Source: Bugula neritina
Taxonomy: Eukaryota; Animalia; Bryozoa
Direction of reading: 5' to 3'
Assembly (NCBI GenBank): GCA_964035545.1
Contig: OZ037766.1
Span: 30,042,074 to 30,106,073, forward strand
DNA: 64,000 nucleotides
Part shown: piece by piece, positions 1 to 12,273 of the stretch
How the letters are laid out: each line of letters starts with the position of its first letter
Numbering within the stretch: the first letter of the stretch is position 1
Translations under genes and position numbers: made by a program
Notes under the pieces: generated by a model
The model's database searches: none
What the model was told of the DNA's origin: nothing
Seen by the model: only the letters and a program-made list of their open reading frames with translations

Positions 1-2860
1 GATTAAGAGGTTTGTACCTGAGTCAACATGTAATATTTAAGCAATAATTTTATCTTCAGTACTGATATATTATTAAAGTCACCATGGAAGCACTATAGTT
101 ATAAGTAAAATGAAATCTATGTAGTATATATTATATAGTTTCAAAACCAGACTCCGATTTCAGTTTGCGTTTTGCGTTTGGCTGCGTAAGAATTATCGAA
201 GACAATTGATTCTGCAAAGTTGCAGCAGAAATTAAAGTATTGCAGTCTAGCTAGGTTGTTTAAAAAGCACAAGATTAACTATAAAAATTGTATATCTTGA
301 TGTTGCATGTCTAATTGTTGCTTAATATATTATTATAGGTAGCTTTGAAAGCTTTGGTAAAAAAAGCGATCAACATAACATGTGGTATAGATGTGACACA
401 ATCGATATTATGTAGCTGACATACGTAAAGCTCTTACTCTGAGCTGCTTCCTTACAGCTCTCAAGTAAAACATTCAGCACTTGTAAAATATATGTGCTAG
501 TGAACAGGTTAAGTTATATGGCAAAAGAAGTAAGTTTCTCCAACATTTTTATTTCTTCAACAATGGTCGATGCAATTAATTAGATTAATGTAATTTTTTT
601 ACTTAGCTACGCAAACTAATATTTATTATGAAGCTACTTGTAAAGTAATATTTGTTATAGAGCCTCATGATATATGCTTTCAGGCATATCTGCAAGTTTT
701 CAATTAGAACATATGCTTAGGCCTACTATTGTTTTTATATGGCGTAGAGGTTCAAGGTATCATTAATGAGAAAATAATACACCACTGAATATTCACTGCT
801 ATAATCTAGCTCACAGTATTTTGTACAATAAATTTTTTGACCCAAAATGTGCTGCATGCAGTAGACCAACATTCTTATTATATTACCATAATGATCAGTT
901 TTAATGATGCCAGCTGACTATTGCACCACAATATTTGGTTTAACATGTATTGCTTTTGCTGCATGGATAGCTAGTATATAGTATGCATGGTTGCACTAGC
1001 TGGTGATATGGTTGCCACGGTGATTTAGTTACTATTATGATGTGTATATAATAATTATTTTTTTCTCATGAAACTTATGCAATGTAACTATAAAAAAAAA
1101 GCTAATTGATTGCTTTATAACTGTTTACTATATTAGGCATGCTTTTAATTATTATTAATTTAATATTTATTTAATATATTTATATATATATTTATATATA
1201 TATTTATCTAATATATATAATATTATTTAGTATATTTAATATTTATTTAATATTTATTTATTTAATAATTTATTAATTTTAAATATTTTAATTTTAATTA
1301 TTGGCTAATTTAAGTTAGCCAATAAGAAGCAGTTGCTGGGAAAATCTTGAACAGAAACCCCACTTATGACTCACCATGATGTCAGCTTCTGATTAGTCTA
1401 TGACCATATAAGGGTATACATATTATAATCTTAGTGATACACTACATGCATACAAGAAATAAATAGCTTGTGCCATGTTATATATGTATAACTTTTTATC
1501 GGAATTAAGACACATAATTTAATTTGGAGAAAATTTATATTGCTTCGAGATAAACCATTTGCCACACAACACAACAACTATATTATATAAGCAGTATTTT
1601 ATTTTATTTCATTTTTTATGTCTCTATACCCAATTTTTGTTGAAGATTTATACGCATTTTTTATAGCACAAAAATTATGTTAAATAAATTAATTATTGCT
1701 ACTTCTATATATAAATGTACATATTGTGATGACCCCTTTAGTGTGACATATGCTATAATAAATAATTGTTGAACTTATCATAAGGCATGCATAACCATGT
1801 GCATATATATTTTGAAGTACTTACAATTTAAAAAGGTAATTCTTAAAACAAGGCAATTTTTACGTATATCAAAGTATTACCAAATAAAAATTAATATTTA
1901 AACTAAGAACAGATTTTGTTGATTCTATAATGTAGATTTAGACTTTCCAAATTTTTCTTCAAATAGTTTTACACATACTGCAGCTTGAGCTACTTTAACT
2001 ATAATAACGCTTACTTATACTTCTGCAAACTTAAGCCACTCAAGTGTGAATTAATTATATTCAAGATTCCTAAATTAGTAGATGGTAAGGGTTGCAGCTT
2101 TCATGCATTTGTCAATTTCCATCAATAAAATACAAATAGATTGAAAAATGACAGGCAATATGCTTGTAATGTGTTTCTGGAGATATATACCCCTATATAC
2201 AATAATATTATAACCTTTGCCTTTAAGTCGAGTGGTTTTTTATGCACATTAAAGTTATTTTCCCTAATTGTACTTAATCAGTGTTATACAAAATGTAAGT
2301 TATTTCTGGGTTTATATTGTTTTCTATAAATTAGTGCCAATGCTTAAAATGGAATATTCTACCTTTGATTAAATGATTATAGGTTTTTTTTATAATACTT
2401 GACATACAAGTTATTGGTAGTGTTTGGGGCTGCATGTCTTTCAGATTGCATGACACCCTGTAATTTTATCATCATTTTTGTATGCCAAAATAAATGATAT
2501 AAAAGTTTAAAGTTGTTTTTGTGCTTCATTAAACATGTTTTATAGTTATATTACAACTGTAACAAAAGGTTATATTATTTAAAAATTTTTTTACAATATT
2601 GCTTTATACATAAGACTGGCTTTAGAACTTTATTATAAATATACAAATTATATTGTACATCAAATTACAAAACAAGGACATATTTTCTAGTCCAGGTGAA
2701 TTTAATTTTTATTATGTAATACCAAGTCTTAAGTATGCTTTCTATTCTAACTATAGCTCTATACTTATTTTAAACACATGTTTGAGAAGTATGAGGAGTT
2801 ATCCTGCATAAATTCAATTTTTGGTCTGATATTGAATAACTCTTCAGAGTCATCTGCCCT

Positions 2861-5094
2861 TTATGATCTTACAGATCTTGGTCTTACACATCTGCATCTC
2901 CTTTTACCATGTCTGTTGGTGCAGATTCTTCTTCTGTGAGGCCCACACTGACCATTCTGCAATTTCGAGTCTTAATTTAAGCATTCTAAAGACTATACTG
3001 AAAATTTATTTATTATTAATTACTTTATTGCTATAATGCTATGCATAGATATAATTAATATTTGTGCTAGTGATGCCCATAAATCAGCCCAATTGCATTA
3101 TATTATAGATGTGGTACTTCCAACATTAGTCTTTTAACTTTTGATTTGAAACTAAAATAGTGTTGCGTACAGACTTTTCATAAACTAATTACAATAAGTT
3201 ATATAAATTAGAGACTATTTTATCGAAACAGTGATAAATAATACTATGTGTAACTGCTAATATAGTTGTTATTGAAATACGTTATTTTATGCACCCGTAT
3301 TATTCTGATTAATGATGTTAAGTAAAATAGTTTGAAGTTGTCTCCTCCTACCTTATTTCCACCTCTGACAGGTGTACATTGCGAGTACCCACAACTCCTC
3401 ACTCTGCAGCACTTCTGTCTCCCGGTACATTCTGAGTCCACTTCACATCCCACAAAGTCAGCCCTGCATGGAGTACTGCCTTGTCTTCTTGACGGAGCTG
3501 GACAGCTGCCTAAAATAATGACAGTCATTAAATCAACAGTTCAATAATCAATTGTAAGCTTCTTTTTCACAAAATATGCTTTAGCTAAGGTTTGTGTTTT
3601 TTAAATAGAATATTTAGCATATTTTAAAGAAGATTATATTTTCAAGCAAAAGAAAGTATTGTAACCCATTTACATGACAATTGCATGTATCATGCTTGTT
3701 AATATTTTACCCTACTATTTAATGATAGTGTACATTCTGTACAGGAAGTTTGATGCTATACTTATCTAATTAAAATATGACAACACTTTTACTCTAAGTT
3801 TATTTCAAGAATTTTTTTAAATAATCAATCAAGCCAAAGCCTATAATTTGAATGAATTTAAATTCAAACCCAAATAAAATTATCCTTGTATGCAACAAAA
3901 GGAGCCATGCATGAGACACATTATAATTTACAACTTACAGCTATATAACATATGTGAATTTAATAGCAATCCACTTTTTGAAGCCAATACTTTTTTACAA
4001 TAGCTAAATGTAATGGTAATTTTCCTTTTGATAAATTTATAACTCTCTCAAGCTATACTGTGCATTTAAATGTATGATATAGTTATTTATATGAGTAGAA
4101 AAATTATATTCCATTCATATATCTTTAATCATCTCATCAGCTATAAATGATTAAACTTAATCTTCATTCGTAGTTAAAACTAAAGCTATAATGATGCTTT
4201 ACTATACACTAAGTCAAACTAACTAGCCATTTCCAGGTCACTTCCTAATACTTCTAAGTGATTGATTGATTTATTGCATATCGTAGAAATAACAAGTACG
4301 TAGACTGTTATAAACATATAAGTATAGGCTACTATAAGAAATTGGTACAATTATAGGTTGGGCTAACAGTTAACAACATGAATCTTGAGCCTTTGCTATT
4401 TGAAGTTAAACAGATTTACCAGGTTTTGGTCTGGTTCTCAGCCCTTTCAGACAGTGCTTAGTCCTGAACCACTGGCAGCATAACTCTCCCCCACTGCAGT
4501 CAGCGTCTGAGTCACATCTTGGCTCATTGCTCGGAACTTCAAAGAAGGTCTTCGGGGTGGGGCATATGAAGTTCTGCAATGAATGGTAAGAAGCCTATTG
4601 TTCACAACGCATTGTATGAGATATGTCATTTTCATCTTACATGCTATTTTCATAGCAAATGTATCGCTAGGCTTGATGCAGTTTTGTAAACTTGTAAAAG
4701 CTTAGTAATAAAAGCATTTTTTTCATTTTTTAAAAAAATTAAATGAAAAATTGCATTATTGAAAGATAAGTTAAATAAGGCAAAAATAATAGCCATGACT
4801 AATAAATTATACACTGCACATTTACGTTTTCAAATTTAGATTAAAAATATATTCATTGGTGTATTTGAAACTCATGTTTCAAGCTTTAGATTTAAATTCC
4901 AAGTAGTTTTAAGTAATAAGTGTATAATGTAACTAAATGACTTTCAACCTGCAGTTAGAAAGAAAGTCTTTATATTTCATTTTAGTAAACATCTGTATTT
5001 GTTATGAGCAATGGCTTACCACCGGCGGACTTCTTTCGAAGCTGAGGCCAATGAGACATTCCAGTAAGACGAGGACTAACAGACATCTCTTCAT
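2861..5094 (-). CDS. Secreted two-WAP (WFDC) domain protein with an Arg-rich 4-Cys C-terminal tail, about 160 aa
   Basis: Coding exons 5094-5020 (signal peptide MKRCLLVLVLLECLIGLS), 4573-4420 (NFICPTP...CDSDADCSGGELCC...HC, 6-Cys WAP-like), 3509-3352 (GSCP...PC...GCEVDSECTGRQKCCRVRSCGYSQC, canonical 8-Cys WAP) and 2956-2861 (NGQCGPHRRRICTNRHGKRRCRCVRPRSVRS*). All introns GT-AG with consistent phases 0/1/0. A probable non-coding exon 1 ends at 5403 (GAG|GTAAG). Confidence 0.88.
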
Positions 5095-7789
5095 ATTGTG
5101 GTAAGCTCTGCTAATAGTATACTCCTGGTAGTTTATGGTTGTAGCTTTTACTACAACATGCAAACAAAAAGTTTAATTAGCTATATTGTAAAACAATTAT
5201 ACTTATACACAATGCCTGTATTTGCGAACATCTTTACAAATGTTCTAAACTTCTAACCCGTTTATTAAAAAGCAGCTACATGTATATATGCCAAAAATAT
5301 TTTCATCTAAATCTTGATAATAATATATTTGCTTACACAACACCCAGCATAGCAACACCGATAGTATTATTAGAATTATAGCAAAGCAACTTTTAAACTT
5401 ACCTCTTTAGGATTTACGAACACACGAACACACAACTTTGCTCGATGACTGCAACTAAGCAACTGAAGATTCAATAAACTTTGCACTAAACACTAGAATA
5501 AATACCAATGGAACAACCTGTTTTAATCTCCTATATTCAGGATTATCTGGTTAGAAATTTGGTTGTAAATTATTAGTCTTTCCTTGTGCCATTACGCGAC
5601 AGCCAACACAATAGATTGCACTGATGAGTCACACATGCACAATCGATTGAAATTGTAACCAAAAGGAGACATATTTCAGTTATACAATAGATTACTTCAC
5701 TGGTGGCACATGGTGAATAGGTAATTAGAAGATTTGAATAATTATTAGCACTTAGGAAGAGATTAGGTTAGAAAACCTTTTTAGAGACAACAGTTATCTA
5801 AGACACGTATTGCTTGTAAGACGTTGTTTTAATGAATCATATATCAAAAGAAGCACATCTTTGGTTAAAACCATCTATAAAATTGACAATTTCCTTGAAA
5901 AACAAAGACAGTCGACTACACAATGCAGACAAAATGTTTAAGTGGCATTTCCTCTACTGTTTGCCATTTGCCTGTACATGACATGATCAATTGATTTTCC
6001 CCTCAAAAATCAACACTATAGTTTTTATATTGATGAAAAAGCAAATCAAAAGCTTGAAATGATTGTGCTAATGTACTAAATAAAAATTATAAAATACAGT
6101 ATAGTAGCTTAGCATCTTCAAAATTGATGCGGTAAATTTAACATAGAAATTCTGAAGAGATTTGCATAAATAAAATACTAAAGTTGAGCGTTACCAAGTA
6201 GCATATAGCAAGGTTTTAAAATTTATTACATTCAAGCTAAGAATTGTTTCATATAGTATTATGCAGCCTTCACATGTCAGGTTTATACTAAACTAAGTAA
6301 GTGTAACTTCAATTCCAAATACTTTGTGTTATAAATCGATTTTCCCAACTTAGTGGCCGAGCTTTTCACTATTCACTAATCTATCAGGTATTTTGTCTGA
6401 TGAACAGATAAATTCTAATTAGGGGTTGCATGTTTTAAGGTAAAAAAGTGTTTTTGACTACACAAATGAAAATTATAAAATATAATACCAACCTATAATT
6501 GCTAAGCAGATTTTGGTATAAGGAGTTGCCTGTTCATGAGCATTGCATAAGAGCTGAAGACAAGGTCAAACATATAGAGAGCTGGTTGGTAATGCCTCTG
6601 TTATATAGGGCAGAATTAAACTTGCAAATTCTGCCATATTGTAAATAAAACAGTTTTCTCAGCTGTATATATATAGGGATCAAATGTGAAAAAGTTTTGT
6701 TTCTTGTTGACCACAACAACAACACACATTCACAATTAGAAGAAAATTATTTAAGTTTTGTAGCAATATCAATAATTTGCAAGGCACTATGATAAATATA
6801 ATGCACGTTTTTGTTAAACTTACTGGTTTGCATGCAAAGATTTATCAGTTTCTGAATTCGATCACCACATAAATTGGTAGTAAGTTCAGTTTTTATAAGA
6901 TTGAAGAAAGATTTATTTTGTTATTGGGTGCAATTGAAGCATACTCATTAAAGTTTTTTAGCCATATTGTTCCTTAGCCATATTATTATTGAGTTTCAAA
7001 ATAATATATAAGCGCCCTTACATAATTTTCAGTGAAACTTGCATTATAGCATCACTCGAGGCTGGTGATGTACCTTTACCAGCTTTATCTTTCACATAAC
7101 TCTGAGACAGCATGAGATAAATGCAATTACCAAAAGTAGCGATGAGTCAAAATAAAAAGAGTTATGGGATGATAATGCTTTGAATCTGTGCCATTATCAG
7201 TTGTAAGTTAATTTTCCATGTTTTCCATTTCTCTATTTCAGTAATTCCTTTCATGTAGCTTTGAATACAAAGTGTTAAGAGATAAAATCTTACAGTTATT
7301 TTAGCTTAAGTAACTATAGTTACAGCAAAAGCATAAAGCAAACTTTATATTCTTTAAATAACTATGCTCCCAAAAAGACAATTATTCAAGATTTTACTGT
7401 AAATTTTAGATGCATCTTTTGTAACGGCTTTTTTCTAACAACACATTATGCATCAATATTCTTCGCAAGAATTTCTCCGATAACCAAATATTTGATAAAA
7501 TGATCTTCTAGCTTTGATTTGTTATAATTTGAACAGGTTAATATATTAAAATTAGTCAACTTTAATTTAGCTTGCAACGTTTTTGGCAATTTATTTGGCA
7601 AAAAATGTACTTATTCAAGCAAAAAACTCTATAAAATGCAATGAAAGAAGTTTCAAAAGATAAAAAATTGTAGATAAAATGGCACATTGTTACACTATAT
7701 GTTTTATTTTTTATATATTCATACAAACTTTGAAAACTTTTCGATTGAGCAAACTTCAGTTCATGGCTATATAATTATTTTTGAAAAGT

Positions 7790-10700
7790 TCAGTTGCTTT
7801 TAATGCACACAACACAAGGTACAGCTTTCTGCTCTACCCAGAGTCCTCTACCAGATCTAACCAGCTTCACTTCTGGAGCTGCAGGATCTGTACCGTATCC
7901 TTCTGTTACTTCAGGGTTTATATCCATACATATTGATTGTGATGTCCCATGTTCTGATTCAGCTGCCATCAAGTATCCGTGATAGGCCCTGAACCACTCT
8001 CTGCCAGCGTTACAAGTGTTCCAGCCAATCACAGTAATCTATAATACAGTAAAATAAACGGTCAATTGTCATAATGTCTCCAAATATTATTGCTTATTTC
8101 AAGAGGTCAACATAGTTTTATTCTAAATACATTTTTATAATTTGGTTCCTCGGTAAGTTTGAAAGAAATCTAGAAAATTCTACTACTGTGATATTATAAA
8201 CCATTACAAATAGATAATGGAAACCAACATGATAAAACACAATAATGATGCATTATATTATGAAACCTTTACTTTTATAAAAATATTTTAGGATAAAAAG
8301 CCTACATCTAATAAAATTGAAGTATCTATTATCATTAATTTTCTAAATTTGTTATTCCATCCTAGAGACTAACGATTGAGAGTTATAACTCTGCTCATAC
8401 CATTTCAGCTTGAGGAACCTGACACAGAGCACATCTAATGACCTTGTTGTGGTAGACATCAATCAGAGGTTGAACACCAGTTCCACTCAGATTAAACCTG
8501 GCAGCTACTAGTTCTGGTCCAGATTCTAGTGTAACTCCTTCTGGTTTTATCTGATTAGGAAGAGGTGCGCACTGAAGTGTTCGGGATCCACTATTTGCAA
8601 GTCCAACTACATACCCTAAAGAGAAGAAATGAAGAGCATGTATACTATTGATCTGCAGTCTGAATAAATGTGGTTAGTTTTGGCAGACACATTGCTGGAA
8701 TCTGAGAGCATATTCTAGTATTATTATATAATGGTAGTGAAGGAGGCAAAAGTTCTTTAAACAGTGACTAAAGGAACTTTTAAATACACCAATAAAAGCT
8801 GTAGCCAAAATAACATACGGAAAAAAGTTGACTATTAGCTGCAGCTACTATACCTACAATGTGATGATTCAACTTCATATAAAACATTTCCTTTATGTTT
8901 CAAATTTTAAAATCAAATATGTAATATGTTTATAATCATTTTTCAGCATGGGAAATAACATAGATATGTGTCTGTGGCATTCAGGGCTTTCAAAACACCC
9001 ACAATTAATTGCATTCTATTTAGCACTACATTGATAAAATAACACTTTAGAATACACTTTTTTTCACATATAATTATATAGTTGATAATATTTTATATAA
9101 TTATCATTCAATCTGATATGAAATGTGATAAGAGTAGTTTGCAAAAAACTATGTGAAGATTTTCTTCTGTTCTTATATAATCAGTAACAGAGAATAAATT
9201 CTTCCAAATTTTACTAATAAACAAAAAAGCCCCAAAACATTTTGCATTTACAACTAGAAACTCACCATCATAAAACTTTTGTCCAAAAGTGCACCCAAAT
9301 TTTCCATATCGAACAAAAGTGACCTCAACTGTAAAAAAGGCAAGAAATCATAAATTGTATACTCTTTTAGAACATTATCTTTAGTTTTAGACAATGAAGC
9401 TGATGAGCTAAAATTGTTCCTCGACCAATTTAAAGTTCTATAACAGGACTGTGAGTTCAAATAACGGATTGCTAAAATAATTTATGCCAATATATTATAA
9501 TGTTTTATTATAGTTTTATAAGTAATAATTATAACTTATAATACTATTAGTTACTGATGGATTTACAAACCCACAAACTCAGGTGTACCTTGAACTCCAT
9601 CTTGACCTCGATCACCAGGAGCTCCATCAAAACCAGGAGAGCCATCTCTACCAAGTTTACCGGGTTCACCACGAGCTCCAGGTTCACCACGAGCTCCAGG
9701 TTCACCACGAGCTCCATCTCTACCAGGTTCATCACGAGCTCCATCTCTACCAGGTGCACTAGGAGCTCTATCTCTACCAGCTGTACCAGGAGCTCCATCT
9801 TGACCATCAAAACTATCTGCACCATATCTACTTAGTGTAATAAAATCTCTATCTTGACCAGTTGTAACAAGAGCTCTAGGGTGACCAGGAACCTCAGCTG
9901 TGCTATCCCTACCAGGTGCGCCCGGAACTCTAGATTGACCTGGAGAACCATCTCTACCAGGTGCACCAGGAGCTCCATCTTGACCTGGAGAACCATCTCT
10001 ACCAGGTGCACCAGTAGCTCCATCTTGACCTGGAGAACCATCTCTACCAGGTGCACCAGGAGCTCCATCTTGACCTCGATTACCAGGAGCTTTATCTTCG
10101 CTAGATGTGCTTGAAGCTCTATTATTCTGTGTTGATTGACTTGTTTGAGTGGTTAATTGTGGATTTTGAGAATCTTGAATTTTTATTCTCAAGTCTTCAG
10201 GTGACAGAGAGAGAACACTCAGTGTAGCCAGTGCTAATGGGTAGGTCACTGTAGCAGCTGGAGAGTCTACTCTTGATGGAATAACTACAACAGACCTTTT
10301 ACAAAGTTATCTTATTTAACGCTGGAGCGAGATTTTTGACAATCTGATTGGTAAATTGAAGCAGCTGCATAAAAATACAGAACCATTATTTCACTCATTT
10401 TTAAAACAACTATATAGAAGTAATTTCTATTGCGATCACCCGTACTGGACTACGACCGTATAGGTGTGAAGGGTGTGAAAAAAATAAATTTTATTCTATA
10501 GCTAGATAGCTTTAAAAACCTAATGTTTTTAATTATTATACGTAGTATTAAGTGTTATATAGTTAAAATTAGGAAAGTTAAATTATGTACATACAATCTT
10601 ATGTACAGTTTGCTAGTCAAAACAAAAACACCATTTTAAAAAGTTTCTATTCATAAAATCAAATTGATAGTTTGCTTCAACATCTACTATTAAATAGGCA

Positions 10701-12177
10701 ACTTGCTGATTACTTTATTTTCTATACCTAAAATCTTAGCACCAAATCCTCTAGCCGTGATTGAAGAATCTGTCCTAAAAGAGATATAAATTGGTCCATT
10801 AAATTCTATTAAATTTCGAGTTTCATTTATTCCACAAAGCCTTTGTCTTGTAAGTAGGGGACCTGTAGAGCTACCTCCCCTAACCTGAAAAGAAATTGTT
10901 GAATTTTTTTATAAAGCTGTTAAAGCTTTTATTTAAATTTTAGTGATCACAATCAAATTGCTTACTAATATTAAATTGTTTGCAGCTCAAGTTTGGTACC
11001 TACACCTGACAATTTGAGAAGCAATGATTTTACATGTAAATGAAAATTTGTACAAACAATTTTTTACTATACACACCAGAACTTTTTATATCACTATTAC
11101 TTCATTTTTTACAGTTTGTGGTTTCCTAATGCAATTATTGTTTTCATAAAAACATTCTAAAAATTATACATATATAATTTCCAATGCAAGAAAAAAAAAC
11201 GTCAAAAGAAAATTAAACTAAGTTAGTAGCTCCTTTGAAACATAGTATATTAGTAAAAAAACCCAAAAAACATTTTTATACACTGAATTTTATGTTAGAT
11301 AACAGGAATTTTTTGAATTTTGTATTTTTAGTCTAAATACAGTTACAATTAAAATTTTCCAAGAGTAATAGAGTGTTGCAATACCTCAATGTAATCATAT
11401 ACACAATTGTTGGTTTTCTCTACAAAGATTGGTTCTTCAAACACAAGTCTCAGTGACTTCTCATCTAACAAAGCACTTCCTTTATAGGCCTCCGGCACTG
11501 GGAATCTTAATACAAAATTCCATTCACAGAAGAGATTGTTGGAGTAGTTTCCAGGGTAGTTTGGAGACTGAAATCTGTAGCTTTCCAAGGAGTCTATTGG
11601 TACGTATATAGTACCCCCACACTTCACGGCTGTAACTTTACATGCAAAAAATCTATTGTACACTTCACTGAAGACTATATATATATATCTGATTATTTTA
11701 TTTTTCAATTAGCACTTTGGTGTAATTTTTGAAAATATAATTAATTTTAAAATGTTAATGATAAATTCAGTGAAAAGTATTACTGAGAATGATAATCAGC
11801 TATTCGTTTCAACAAGCAAACCATTACTTGCAGCAATAGCTAATATATATTACATTTATACTTACATTATGTATATGAATTGAAGCTATAATTATTTTGT
11901 CATTTCTATCTTAAAATATTATTGCTTTAAAACCACATTGCGTTGGTATTTTTTCTATCAATGTGGTGGTTTCCCTGAAAATAGAGGGTCCTGCATGGTG
12001 CATATGCTTAAATGTATTTTACTATAGATTTGTTAAACTAATTTACATAACATATTGACATTGCATAATGATTTATAGATTCAATGTTTTATGAGCCTCA
12101 CTATTAAACAGTTATACGATCATTCAAAAGTATCAAAGGGATACATTTGCAATTAGTTTTACTATACCTAAACATAA

Positions 12178-12273
<96 letters not shown>

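Noticed and set aside
150-195. Possible first-exon donor (CTGC|GTAAGA) of a plus-strand gene
   Set aside because: No downstream exon or ORF could be linked to it within the window.
9547-10114. ISTR-rich and MELLVHLVE-rich ORFs (also 25908-26288, 37465-37681, 41620-41922, 47680-47904)
   Set aside because: Antisense or off-frame shadows of the collagen exons.
11630-11674. Longer in-frame 5' extension of A's first CUB exon ([13 protein letters not shown])
   Set aside because: The same stretch has a 2-nt insertion in C, and the AG at 11630-11631 gives a 245-nt exon identical in size to B and C.
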